The notes: a model not told the origin generated them from the letters alone. Shown: positions 38,922 through 55,930, counted from the stretch's first letter. The stretch is DNA of 64,000 bases from Neoconidiobolus thromboides FSU 785 (GCA_025603075.1 MU626267.1:62001-126000); one strand, 5' to 3'. Numbers and translations: made by a program.

Positions 38922-39270
38922 ATATATAAACTAATATTAGGTTTTTACTTAAATACTATTTTAAAAAGGTTAAATTTATAACATCTTTATAATCTTTTTG
39001 TTTAAAACTTAATTAACAAATGAAAACATATTAAATGAACATTAATTAAGATACGATTTTTAAATAGCTATAACTTTTTCTAAATATAATAAATTAATAA
39101 AAGCTAATAAGTGGCACCTTAATAAAAACATAAAACACAAACTTGTTTTTAAAGTAAATGGAATAATCCAATTGGTATAAGAAAGTGATAGTAATATATA
39201 TTTAAAACTAATATCCCGTTATGGGCATTATTGTATTTATTAAAATTATGATTTTAATATGTATAGAACT

Positions 39271-39372
39271 CAAAGATGTACTTTTTTGCTTGAGAATTTT
39301 AGATAGATAGCCTCTTTTCACTCAAGTACTGCTTAAAAAGTGAAAAAAGTGATGAAACCAAAAAAACACCCC
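39271..39372 (+). mobile_element. ~98-bp MITE family copy (degenerate)
   Basis: gatgtacttttttg...cactcaagtactgcttaaaaagtg...gatgaaaccaaaaaaacacccc. Confidence 0.65.
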
Positions 39373-39737
39373 GATCTAGGTCTTTATTAAATTAATCTTT
39401 TCAACTTACTTTTATATAAAAATTAGTAACGATAAAGTAAAACAATATAGCTGTTGATTTATTGATAATAAAAATTCGAATCAATTGATAATAAAATACA
39501 ATATTCAACTATAAAGATCGGCTTGTTAGCATTGAACTTCTAAGCTTTCAAGTTAAATATTCTTGAAATTGAATCACTTTTCTAAATAGATTAAAACAAT
39601 ACAAGAACAACATAAGTAATTAAGTCTAATCATCTATTGGTACACTTAAAAAAGAAACAATCAATGAAACAAAATTTTAAAGAAATAACAAAATTCAATA
39701 AAAAAAGAAGTTTTATCTTTTAATTAGTTAGTATAAA

Positions 39738-42228
<2,491 letters not shown>

Positions 42229-42915
42229 AAGGTAGTTTAAGTCTTTGAAATAACTTCCTTTGAATGTACTAATTCATATTAGCTTTTTATTATCTTCTTA
42301 ATAACATTTTTATTATTTTCTGCTCTAATAAACCTAATCATTTATTTTATTAGATTATATTAATTCAACTTTTTTTATATAGTTATAATGTCATTTGATT
42401 AATAATAAATATTTGTTAAATTGAATCTATTTCATTAAATTACTAGATTAATAATTGGACCTTTTAGAACTTAAAGTTAAAATAGAATTCAAATGAAATT
42501 TTTATTTAATAAAGTAAATGAGTTATTTTAACAATTCATTATTGTCAATAACTATTTGAATCTGTCTTATAGTTTGATAATGTCAATATCCAACCTTTAA
42601 ATAGAATAAAAACATTAAACTATTAATAACAAAAATAAAAGTGATAAAATTTCTTATGATTTCAACTTCATTTAATAAGTTGAAATGTTCTTAGAAATTC
42701 ATTTTCTATTTCGAATTTCAAGAAGCGTCAATTACCAAACTTAGTAAATGAGGCATCAATTGAATTTCACCGCTGGTTAAACCTAGTGACTTAAATAGAA
42801 CAATTCTACGTGTATAAATATTTTTAATTAAAAAAAGCGATAATTATAATTTATAAAGAAAGTTAGATAGTAAATCAAAAAAATTCTTTTAATTTAATTC
42901 AAATAATTGAATTCC

Positions 42916-44361
42916 ATGTCTCAGTTGTTATGGCGAGTCACTCATTTATTAACATACCAACCAGAAAGATATTCTAAACGTCAAGATTATAAAATACTTG
43001 GCACTATAGGTAATTTAAATCTCAACTTTTATCCAGCTCTAGCATTCTAATTCAAGCTTTTGATAACTTCTATTTATCTTTAGGAACAGGCTCTTTTGGG
43101 ACAGTAAAACTTGCAATTAGAATAAAAGATGATGAAAAAGTAGCTATAAAAATTATTGATAAAAGTAGTCAAGAAGGTCATTTAGATATTGTTATAAGGG
43201 AACTGAATATATTACAAAAATATCAACATGAAAATATTGTACCTTTTTTAGACTGGTTTGAATCTAAAGATAAATATTATTTTGTATTTAAATTGTAGAT
43301 ATTTATTACTATTATTGCTATTTATTGTTATTTATTTATTGCTATTTTAGATGTACAGGTGGACAGTTAGGAGACCACTTAAATAAATTGGACAGCTTTA
43401 CTGAATTATATTGTAAAAAGTTAGTAATTCAAGTCTTATTAGCTGTCGATTATTTACATGAAAATGGAATAATACATAGAGGTGAATATTTTTTATAGCT
43501 AATAATAATAGTGATTGATGTTTTATAAATTTCAATAAGATGTTAAATTAGAAAATTTGTTATTTGAAGACTCAAGTGAAAATAGTAAATTGTTATTAAC
43601 AGATTTTGGGTAAATTAGTAGTATTTATAAGAATTATCTTTTTATATTTTATTTTTTTACTTAGTATCTCAAAACTTCTCAATCACGAAAATGAAATGCT
43701 AAAAACTCAATGTGGTACACCAAATTATACAGGTAATTTAACATTATGATAATCAACAGTTAATAATTAACAATATTTTCTTAGCCCCAGAAATATTTTT
43801 AAAAATTCATTATGGTAAACCAGTAGATATGTGGTCTATTGGGTAATTTATTATTTTAAGTTTTATACAATTTATTAAATTAATTAATAACTTAGTATTC
43901 TGACTTATTTATTGTAAGTTTTAGATTATTTGTTATTATTGAAATTAGAAATCTAATTCTTTAAGATTGAGTGGTAACTTCCCTTATGAAATTGAAGGCT
44001 TCCCTAGTCGACAATTACTAGATGATATGTTTGAAGAAAGATGTTGTTTTGATCACTGTTGTTTACCAGAAACGTCTTCGGAAGGTAGGATCAAACTTAT
44101 TCATAACTTTGCAACGTTAAAAAACTAAACAGTAATTCCTTTTTAATTACAGCTATTGATTTCATAAAAAAACTGATAAAAGGGGATCCTCAAAGAAGAA
44201 TGACAGCTAAAGAAGCATTGAAACACCCATGGATATTTATGAGTTGTGATAATAAGCCAAAATCTATAAAAAAGGATAAGAAGTGCTTTCATCCAGTTAA
44301 AAAGCATAAATTGGCGTTCATTAAGTTCAAAATGATTAATGCGTTGAATAAAAAGTGTTAA
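42916..44361 (+). CDS. Ca2+/calmodulin-dependent protein kinase paralogue A (multi-exon)
   Basis: GTGSFGTV, VAIK, HRDVKLEN, DFG, CGTPNYTAPE, DMWSIG, RRMTAKEALKHPW. Confidence 0.9.
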
Positions 44362-45506
44362 AAATGAGTGATTTTGAAATGAAGAATGGAAATGATGGAG
44401 AGATAGTGAGTAATTGATAGTGCCGTAATTTTTAATTAATATATTAATGTATATATGAAGTAGTTTTAAATTATGGGTGTTTCTCTGTAAATTTTATAAA
44501 TTAAATGGCCTGAGAGGAAATTTGAATAATTTTATACTTTTTATTATATTAATTTCAACGATTCTAATTAGTATAGTTTTGTTTAAAAAATCAAGATAAA
44601 GTTGAAGTATTAATCAATTTGTTAAAGTTGAATTATGATTGTATAAACAAATAGAAATATCTAATTTAATACTTTATAAAAATAATTTTTTATCAAAAAG
44701 AACTTTTATCTATTGTTTAAAGTTAAAATTAGTCTTATTTTTAAAACGATACTATTAATCCTTTTCAAATTTCTTGAAAGTGGATAAAATCTAACAAGAC
44801 ATTTATTACAAGTAAAAAAAGTAATTAGTAAGGAAAGAAAATAAACGATATTGAACAGTTATATAAGGTATTTTTAACTATGTTTTATAATACGAAGCAG
44901 TATAAATTAATAATGAAATAAGAATTCAACTATTTAAATGTATTAAAGATATCTTCAATAGTGTATAAGTTAAAAATAAAAGTAACAATTTAAAAGCTAT
45001 TTATGTATTTAACATAACAAAACAAGATTGTTTTTGAAAATTTATTAACTGAGATTAAAAAAACAAAGGTTTATTAAATCAAATTCTAAAACATAAAGTA
45101 ATTTATGAACAATAGAATATTAATAATAAAATTATAGAAGCAATATTATTATTTATATTAAAATTAGAGTTATATTAATTTTAACTTAATTCTAAATTAA
45201 TTTATTACTTGTTGAAGCTAAAAAAGCAATTTTTGATTATTTAATGAATTCAAAATTGCTACAAATTAATAGTAAAACATTGTTATTAAAATAATCATTG
45301 CCATTCCTTTTAAATAACATTAAAGAACATGAAATTTATTATTTGTTCTTATTATAAAGCAGTTTTTTTACTAAATCTAGTAAATGAGGCACTATTTATA
45401 GCTCCATACATACTGAATCAAATGGAACAAAATATAAGAGACAATAAGTTTAAAAATATATAAAAATCAAACAAACATCTTTTTTTAGAATAATTTTAAA
45501 TAAATA

Positions 45507-46974
45507 ATGTCTTCAATTTTATGGCGAGTCACTCATCTTTTGGATTTTCAACCAAATAGTTATAAAAAAAGACAAGAATATAAAATGATTAATACTATTG
45601 GTAACAAGAAATTGATACTCTCAAATCAATAAAATGAGGATTTAACCCGATATTATCTCTAGGAACAGGCTCTTTTGGGACAGTAAAACTTGCAATTAGA
45701 ATAAAAGATGATGAAAAAGTAGCTATAAAAATTATTGATAAAAGTAGTCAAGAAGGTCATTTAGATATTGTTATAAGGGAACTGAATATATTACAAAAAT
45801 ATCAACATGAAAATATTGTACCTTTTTTAGACTGGTTTGAATCTAAAGATAAATATTATTTTGTATTTAAATTGTAAATATTTACTTATTATCATTTGTC
45901 ATTATTTATATACGTTCTAGATGTAAAGGTGGTCAACTTTTAGATCGATTGTTAGAATTGGGTAGTTTTACTGAATTAGATTGTAGAAATCTAATAAAGC
46001 AAATACTATTAGCAGTAGATTATTTACATGATAATAACTTAATACATCGAGGTAATAATAATAATATTTATGCTGATGATCATGATTAATTAATTTTAAT
46101 AAGATATTAAATTAGAAAATTTGTTATTTGAAGACTCAAGTGAAAATAGTAAATTGTTATTAACAGATTTTGGGTAAATTAGAATATTAAATTGAAATTA
46201 AATGAAATTGTTTATTTTTATGATATAATTATTTAGTATCTCTAAAATCCTTGATTATGAAAATCAAATGATACGAACTCAATGTGGTACACCCAACTAT
46301 ACAGGTAATTGTTAATATTTCGATATTAATTATTATTATTATTATTATTAGCACCTGAAATATTTATAAAAATCAATTACGGAAAACCAGTAGATATGTG
46401 GTCTATTGGGTAATTTATTAATTATTTCAATTTTGTATAAGTTAATTATTTTATTTTATTTTATTTTATTTTAATAATTTAGTGTTTTAACTTATTTATT
46501 GTAAGTTTTAGATTATTTATTATTATTAAAATTGGAAATCTAATTCTTTAAGATTGAGTGGTAACTTCCCTTATGAAATTGAAGGCTTCCCTAATCGACA
46601 ATTACTGGATGATATGTTTGAAGAGAAATGTTGTTATGATTCATGTTGTTTACCAAAAATATCTAAAAATGGTAATAATAATAATTTGAATTGATGGTTT
46701 AGAAATTAACTTTTATTTTCTATTAGCTATTGATTTTATAAAAAAATTATTAAAAGGGGATTATTTACAAAGAATGACTATCAAGCAAGCTTTAACTCAT
46801 CCTTGGATAGCTGACTATTGTGATAATAATATCAACTTAATTCAAAAAGATAGCAAAGCTTTTAATGCTGCTAAAGCATATAAAAATGCTTTTATTAAGT
46901 TGAAAGCAGTTAATGCCTTACATAAAAGTGTAAGGCTGAACTCGTTATCTCCAGATTCTATTAATGAATATTAA
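45507..46974 (+). CDS. Ca2+/calmodulin-dependent protein kinase paralogue B (multi-exon)
   Basis: Same exon layout as paralogue A. HRDIKLEN, DFG, APE, and CaM-binding-like FNAAKAYKNAFIKLKAVNAL. Confidence 0.9.
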
Positions 46975-47188
46975 ATATTTATTATTAATAATAAAATAGT
47001 TGTCATTTAATATTAGTTTTAAGTTTATATGATGTATTTCTGTATTTTATTTTGTAAAAATTGATTAAATAGGACCTTAGATATTAGTTAATTTTAATCT
47101 AATATTTATTTATAGAATTAGTAAATCAAAGATAAATGCCAATAAAATTCCTACTTCTTTGACTAAGTTTGAAATCCTATAAGTAAAT

Positions 47189-47280
47189 GGTGATGTATTT
47201 TTTAAGAATTTTACTAACAATCTTCACATTGAAACAGGGCTTAAAAAATAGAAGAGTAATGAAATTAAAAAAACATCCTC
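47189..47280 (+). mobile_element. ~98-bp MITE family copy
   Basis: ggtgatgtatttttt...tactaac...aaacatcctc. Confidence 0.75.
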
Positions 47281-47442
47281 AGATATTGCAAATTTAAATC
47301 GAAATCAAACTAGAAAATCTAATAGTTTTAATTAGATTCTTGAACAAATTCATAGCGAATTTTTTTAACAAAAGAATTTTAAATGTCAAAAAATATCTGC
47401 TTGATTTAAATATTCTACTTTTCAGTAATGCATTTAATATAT

Positions 47443-47541
47443 GGGGATGTATTTTTGTGTTTAAGAATTTTACTAACAAAATTTCCGCCTAAATAGCGCT
47501 TAAAAGGTGGAAAAAGTAATGAAATCAAAAAAATCATCCCC
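47443..47541 (+). mobile_element. ~98-bp MITE family copy, TSD ATAT (reference copy)
   Basis: ATAT-ggggatgtatttttgtgtttaagaattttactaacaaaatttccgcctaaatagcgcttaaaaggtgg...catcccc-ATAT. Confidence 0.92.
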
Positions 47542-47737
47542 ATATACTAAAATGAAAATGTTTATTTTAGATAAAATAAAAAAATAAAAGATAAGTAACT
47601 AGTTTAGCTCGTACAACTTCTCACTAGGTTCGAAATATTACTTTTAAACAAGTAACAATAAAAAAAGCCCATTTTCTAACATTATTATTTATTTAGTACC
47701 ATTTGTTATGTTGTCTTCAGAAGCTCCAATTTTTTAA

Positions 47738-47864
47738 TACTGTCTCCTAGTTTTCAAAAAAAATCCGGTTTTTAGCTAATTTAGGCTGTTTTTAGATAAA
47801 TGAAAGCCAGTAATTAATTTTACAAAAACCGGGACTAGCTTTTAGAAAAAATCGGAGAATAGTA
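47738..47864. mobile_element. Second, unrelated hairpin (MITE-like) element of about 127 bp
   Basis: Imperfect ~38-bp inverted ends: tactgtctcc...ccggttttt and aaaaaccgg...ggagaatagta. Confidence 0.5.
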
Positions 47865-48085
47865 GACAATATTATTAAACTTCTATTTTATTAGTAATAG
47901 AAATAAAGAATAGATATCTTTATGTATCTTTGAGCAAGCTTTCATTAATTTAAGTAATAAATAATGATAAATAATTATAACAGTAAATTAATTTTGCTTA
48001 AAGGATTCATAATAGATAGTAGCAAAAATACATAAGCTGATAGTATATAAGCATAAAGAATTACAATCTAATTATTAAAACAAAA

Positions 48086-48541
48086 ATGAAATATTTATTT
48101 ATTACCATCCCTTTATTATATAACGTCGCTGTTAATTCATTACCAGTTGATACCGATACTATTGCTACTAACAAGGCATTTCCTAATGTCAATAGTGAAC
48201 CTAAACCATTATTTGTTGATATCATTGGTACTACTAGTGATAAATCACTCCCTGTTACTAATGATAACCAAGCATCTCCCATTAACAGCAGTAACGAAGT
48301 AGCCTCAGGTATTGATAGCGACCAAAAATCTGTAGATAGTAAATGGTTTAATCCTTTTAGTAGTTATAGTGATTATAGTGGATATGGAGGTTACGGGGGT
48401 TATAATGGTTATCCTACTTATGGTGGTTATTATCCATATCCATATCCTTATCCTTATCCCTACCAAAAAAATCCAAGTGTATTGGGCTCCCTTATTGGTC
48501 CTGGTGGTGTAGTCCAATCCATTCTAGGTACTGGAAAATGA
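48086..48541 (+). CDS. Small secreted Gly/Tyr/Pro-rich protein (151 aa)
   Basis: Signal-peptide-like N-terminus, GYGGYGGY and YPYPYPYP repeats. Paralogous to 49267-49650. Confidence 0.82.
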   Translation: MKYLFITIPLLYNVAVNSLPVDTDTIATNKAFPNVNSEPKPLFVDIIGTTSDKSLPVTNDNQASPINSSNEVASGIDSDQKSVDSKWFNPFSSYSDYSGYGGYGGYNGYPTYGGYYPYPYPYPYPYQKNPSVLGSLIGPGGVVQSILGTGK

Positions 48542-49266
48542 TAAACATTGTCTATTTATAAATTATATTTTAATTATAAATTTAAAATTACTACTCTTAT
48601 TCTTGTTATTATATTATATATGTAAGACGTTTGATCTTATTATTGGAAGTTTCTTATGACATATTTTTATATCCGTGAGTTGTAAAAGTTCAAATGATAT
48701 TGTATAAATCAACTAGCTTTGTCTGTTTAATTTTCTACAGTTGGATTTTATTCAAATCTGTAGCATGAAAATCAAGCTGTGAAATTTGAAAATTTTGAAT
48801 AAGCTCTCAAATTCAATTGAGTATCTTTGAAAAAAACAAATGATTATTCAAAAAAGAAATTTGTATAAACTTAAAATTTCTTATATAATGGTAAGTCTAA
48901 TACTTGCCAAAATGGAAAATTGTTTCTTAAGTAATAAATACATATGTGAGCTACTAATGTATTTTAATAGCAATAACTTCGTTCTAGACTCGAAATGAAT
49001 TTTAAACAAAATTCTTATAAAAGCCTATTTTTATGACAAGGAAGACGCCTCAGTGCTCTTAGAATTCATATATATCTATATCTTTGTATAGAAACCAATA
49101 TTTTATAGCATTGCATTTTATTATTAGAATAATAATATAACACTTATTTATACATGTCTCCAAAGGACGTTTCATTTTAATTAAATAGAATAATATTAAA
49201 AGATAGCAATAGCTAATGATTGAAAGTATATAAATATGAAAAAATACAATATAATCAACAGAAAAA

Positions 49267-49650
49267 ATGAAATGTTTATTTATTGCTACTTTTTTATTAT
49301 CCATCATCACTGTTAACTCATTACCAGTTAATACTAATACTACTGATAGTAGTCAATTAGTTACTATTAACAATGAGTTCTTTACTGCTAATACCAATGA
49401 GGCAACTGCTGCTACCAATACTGAATCAAGCTCAGTAGAAGCTAAAGCTTTTGGTCCTTACAATCCTTATGGAGATTATCTTTACGGTGGAGGTTATGGA
49501 GGTTATCCTAATTATAATTATGGTTATTATCAACAACCTTATCCAACTCAATATCAATATCAATATCAATATCAAAGAAACCCAAGTATTTTAGGCGCCA
49601 TATTTGGTTCTAATGGATTAGTTAATTCTATTCTAGGAACTGGCAAATAA
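49267..49650 (+). CDS. Small secreted Gly/Tyr/Gln-rich protein (127 aa)
   Basis: Signal-peptide-like N-terminus, YQYQYQYQ repeat, shared C-terminus NPS.LG...G..G.V.SILGTGK. Confidence 0.82.
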   Translation: MKCLFIATFLLSIITVNSLPVNTNTTDSSQLVTINNEFFTANTNEATAATNTESSSVEAKAFGPYNPYGDYLYGGGYGGYPNYNYGYYQQPYPTQYQYQYQYQRNPSILGAIFGSNGLVNSILGTGK

Positions 49651-50865
49651 TAAAATGGATATATTTGTTTATTCATTATTATGTTGACTTTTTTAGTTTC
49701 AATTTTCATACTTGACTGTTTATATTTTAAAGTACATTATCTACTACTATTTAAAATATTTTTAGTTATATGTTAACTAATATATTATCTCATAATTACT
49801 ATTATATTATCTCATAACTACTATTATATCTTATACTGTCTGTCCGTACAGTTTTACTTCCTTTTATATAACCAAGTCTAATCTAATATAAATAACACTG
49901 TTATTAATTATAATAATCTGTTTTTTATGAGTAAAAATATAACTGTTAAATTAAATCTCAGTGAAATATCCTATAAATTTAATTAAATAGAACATAATTA
50001 TAACAATATAAAATAGATAGTTGTAAAATCATATTAACCAACAATCATGAGGAGCTGAACTTATAGTTTTAAAAATTAGATAAAACTTTCATTCATGGAT
50101 AGTTTATCTTAATTTAATTATTATATACTTAACTTTTATAATTACATTAGTTATAAAGTTAATATTTGAAATAACATCTTTGCTATTTGATATAAGATAA
50201 ATGTTTCATTAAACAAAATAGCTCTTTAGTTATAAATATATATATTAGTATATATATTTAAATTATGTTTTTATTATAATATTAAATAGTGTGAAATCTG
50301 GTACTCAGGGTTTGGAGTCAAAAACAGCTATTGCTGGGTTGACTACACTATAAATCGAAAGGTCTTAGTTTATGTGACTAAGATAGACTTGAATTATGAG
50401 GAATAGCACGTAATAGGTTACAAGCTATATAAGACAAATAGAATAGACAATACTAATGTAAAATCTATGTAAAATACTATTAAGAAAACGTAGTGGCTTT
50501 ATTAAATGTTCGAGATATCAGGGAATAATTCAGTTAAAAAGCCTCGAACTACTATACTCTGTAAACTCTTTTATACTCTGAAAAGTATCAATATCAAAAT
50601 GAGAGGATATTATTCTTTTGGATCGAGCTAGAAATTCTCATAACAAATCAAAATAAGGACATGGGATTGATTTTCTCTGAACTCGAGAACATAACAGCTT
50701 AGGCGATTGTTATGCTATAATTAACCATGGGACTGACAAAGCAATATTTCACAATAGAAAATTAAAAAGACATCATAGCCCTTTCACATACTACAATTGG
50801 TTTATTAGTTTTATTAATTCAAACATTTTAATTAAAAACAAATAAGCCCCATTAAATATTTATAT

Positions 50866-50964
50866 GGGGGTGTTTTTTTTGGCTTCATTACTTTTTCTAT
50901 CTTTTAAGCGTCATTTGAGTAAAAAAATTATTAGCAAAATTCTTAAATACAAAAATACGTCCCC
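50866..50964 (-). mobile_element. ~98-bp MITE family copy, TSD ATAT
   Basis: ATAT-gggggtgt...acgtcccc-ATAT. Confidence 0.87.
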
Positions 50965-51412
50965 ATATTTTTGACTTTTATAATAGCTTGTAGCATTAAA
51001 ATCCCTATACAAGATATTGGGTATTGAATTTAAATAATAAAAATATTTATATTATGATTATTTTCTATATTATTTATAATATCACAAACAACTAAATATA
51101 TAAATTATTCCGATGTATTTATATCATTATTTTATAATTTTAAAATCCCTACAGATGTTACTTTTATAGATTCCATTATTTTTTAAAAAGGTTCAAAAAT
51201 CAAGATTAGCATTTTAATTATTATACTAATTTCTTAATACTATGGCATTTCACAATTTAAGTATTTTTGAATGTGACAATTAGTATAGTGTTATATTAGC
51301 ATTTTATGACAAAATTATAATTCAAAAAGGCCTAGTTTAGATATATATCCCCAAAGAGAAGCTCCACTTTTATCCAATTTCAGTGTTTAAAAAGTTTAGA
51401 AAATAAACAAGT

Positions 51413-51512
51413 AAGGATGTATTTTTGTGTTTAAGAATTTTATTAAGAATTTTTCCATTCAAATACTGCTTAGAAAATGGAAAAAGTGACAAGGCCAAAA
51501 AAAAACATTCTC
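51413..51512 (+). mobile_element. ~98-bp MITE family copy
   Basis: aaggatgtatttttgtgtttaagaatttt...caaatactgcttagaaaatgg. Confidence 0.75.
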
Positions 51513-52213
51513 AAATGGTGATAATGAAATGCTTTTACTACATTTGGAAATTGGTTATAGCTGTTACAGCTCTTGCAACTTTTATAGCATAATTTTTAGT
51601 CATATTATTTGTATAACTCTAATTTTTCTAAAAATCTTATTGTTATATTTTAGTAATTAAACAATTTTCTCTTAAATGAGGACTAAGTTAAGTTGTAAAA
51701 GAATTGCAATAACTATATTCAAATTTTTTGGGTAATTTCGATAAGTTTTTAAATCCGTCAATATTACTAATAAAACTCAGGCTTTTAGAAATCTATTTAA
51801 AAAGGTCTACCTTTAATATACCATCTCATTCTAATTCATTCAAAAAAACATAACTAAAACAAAAGGCTTTAAATTCATTAAAAAACTGTTGAAACCATAT
51901 ATTGAAATAAACAGTAAAATGATATTTGAGTAACAACTTAATCATAATGTAAAACAAAGAACATTTAATAAGTAATAAACTTAATCATGTCCATTATGTA
52001 AGAGACTACAAGTTATTGGCTACTACGTTATTACGTAAAAAAGCTTAAAGCGGCAGATTTTTGTTACTAAAGCCTAAAGAATTAAGGGTAGATGATCTCA
52101 TTCTGTCTTACTTTTCTATTTTAAAAGTAGTATAAAAAATCAAAATATGAACTTTGATGAATTTTATTTTAATATTATAAATTGGAATATAACGAAATTG
52201 GAAATAATCAACA

Positions 52214-53742
<1,529 letters not shown>

Positions 53743-53753
53743 TATGTTAAGCT

Positions 53754-54730
53754 TTATAAGATTATTATTGTATCTTTTGTTATTTTGTTGCATATTTTAC
53801 ATTCTTCGTAACTTATTTCATTTTTATAAGTACAATTACTACATACCCAATAAGAGTTAAATAAATTATTACTGTTACTATTATTAAGTTCATTTTCTTC
53901 ATCTGATATAAGATCTATTACATTATTTTCATTGTTATTACTATGGTTTTCAATAACTATTGATTCACTATCTTCGCTGCATGGGTTTGAAAAAGGCTTA
54001 AAACGTTGAAAAAAAATTCTCAAATCATGGCTGACTAAAGTATACTTTTTACCAACAATTAAACTAGCTTTACTATCAGTAATTTCACTCAACCTATTTC
54101 CCTTTCCATAAAAATATTTCTTGGTAGTTATAGTACCACCTAATTTATATCCAGTCTCTTTAAGGTTTGATCTGTTTAGCTCGTTTATAATTTTAACTAC
54201 TTCATACTTTAATTCCATTAATAACTCATAAAACTTTTGATCGTGTGGTCCATGGACTATTTTAGAATGAGTATATATAATATAGCATAATATAATGAAA
54301 TTTACTTATATGAACTAACCTAAAATAGGAATTAATATAGGACTACTTTAAATTATAAATTTATTTACTCATGCAATAAAGTGCCTAGCAGATCCCAATA
54401 ATTGATAAATACTTTAAAATCATTGATTTCTCTCAATCGAATATAAATAACCTCTGTTTTATTAACATTCATTCCTATTTTTTATTTACTAATTCATCTA
54501 TGTTATTAAATCTATCTACCTAACAACAGCTTTTTCGGGTAAAACTCTTTTAATTTACCTACATTCCAATCTCTTTTTTTCATTATAGGTTCTACCTAAA
54601 ACTATAAACATTCTATCACTTTATATGTATTAAATTATTTTACATGTTTAGCCAATTTAATTAATATTTCATTTGCTTTATCTTCATCTTGTCTATTTTT
54701 TAAAGCTTCTATAACATTAAAGTTAGTCAT
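53754..54730 (-). CDS. WSS1: WLM-domain DNA-protein-crosslink metalloprotease with RanBP2 zinc finger
   Basis: Spliced PIMKKRDWNVGKLKEFYP, GMNVN, IRLR, GTLLHELVHIIHGPHDQKFY (HExxH), and WVCSNCTYKN...CKIC. Confidence 0.88.
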
Positions 54731-54841
54731 AACAAAAGAAAGAAAGCTTGTTTTTACTAGATTTAAACCAAAATAAATCAAAAATACTTGAATTAAAAAT
54801 ACTTTATTTAATAAAAAGTTAGTCTATAAAAAAGTCTACAG

Positions 54842-55473
54842 TTATTTCTCTTTGTTAAACGTATTAGCTAAATGCATTTGTACTGTTTTCAAAGGATCAT
54901 TAACAAAAGCGTTGTGGTTTAGGACTAAATTAAACCTTTCCATTTCCATTTTTCTATTCGATTTAGTTTAAGATTTAAATTAATGTAAATTCAATTATTG
55001 AAATTACCTAGCCTTATTCAACTTTTTATTGTTGTCCATTCTATTTTCATTGAAGTATTCATTGTTTTTACTTTCTTTATTACCATCGCTTGCTTGCTTA
55101 ATTTCCTTAATAGTTTTTCTCAATGAACCAAAGTCATTTAAAACTCCGCTTTTGTTCAAATTTTTCTTTTCAAATTCTAACTATTAATCATAATCTTGTA
55201 ATAAAAACAACAAACTTACTCTTTTTGAACTCTTCATGTTTGAGTTTTCTTTTCATTTTTTTACTAATCAGCTGTTTAACTTCATGAGTTTCTACTTCAT
55301 TTTCTTCTACTTCATTTTTCTATTCGTAATTAGTATTTTCAAATTTTAGTTATTTGATTGTTTACTTCATCTAAGTTCACTTTAATCGCATTCTTAGCTA
55401 CAAATGGACCTTTACTATTAATATCCACCTTCTTTTTGGTTTTAACTTGGACTCTACGACGTGCTTTACCCAT
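54842..55473 (-). CDS. SLX9: SLX9/FAM207-like ribosome biogenesis protein (4 exons; not in ORF track)
   Basis: MGKARRRV... start; C-terminus EMERFNLVLNHNAFVNDPLKTVQMHLANT resembles the SLX9 family motif. Confidence 0.75.
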
Positions 55474-55930
55474 TTAGTAAAATAATTCAATTGAAATAAA
55501 GTAAACTAAAAATGGAAAAGTTAAATAATAAACCAAGAATTGCCCAAAGAATTACTGAAATTTAAATTTGCTTTTCAAATGTGTGCTACTTGAAAATAAT
55601 TTTTAGTCAGCCATTTTTTTTAAAAAATATTGAATAAAACGATAGCCTGCTAGTATAAATGATATGAATCAGGTTAAAATAAATCTTTGCTTTAAATCAA
55701 ATGTTATTATAAAGCTCTATACATAAAAGAGTAATTACTTAACAAACTTCATTTATCATATAGTAACACATAAACGTAAGTGAAATTCAAAATTGAGGCT
55801 AGCAATTGGTTATAATCAAAACAAGGATTTATAATAACCAATAGTTTTAGAGTTGGTAGGTCTAAAGTGCTAAAATTGAAATTGAAATTCCATTTAAATT
55901 TGGAGAAAGCAAAAGTTATTTTTAATTTAA

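Noticed and set aside
47439-47545. MITE as a TA-targeting Tc1/mariner derivative
   Set aside because: Flanks such as AAAT/AAAT, ATTT/ATTT and TATT/TATT fit a variable 4-bp duplication better.
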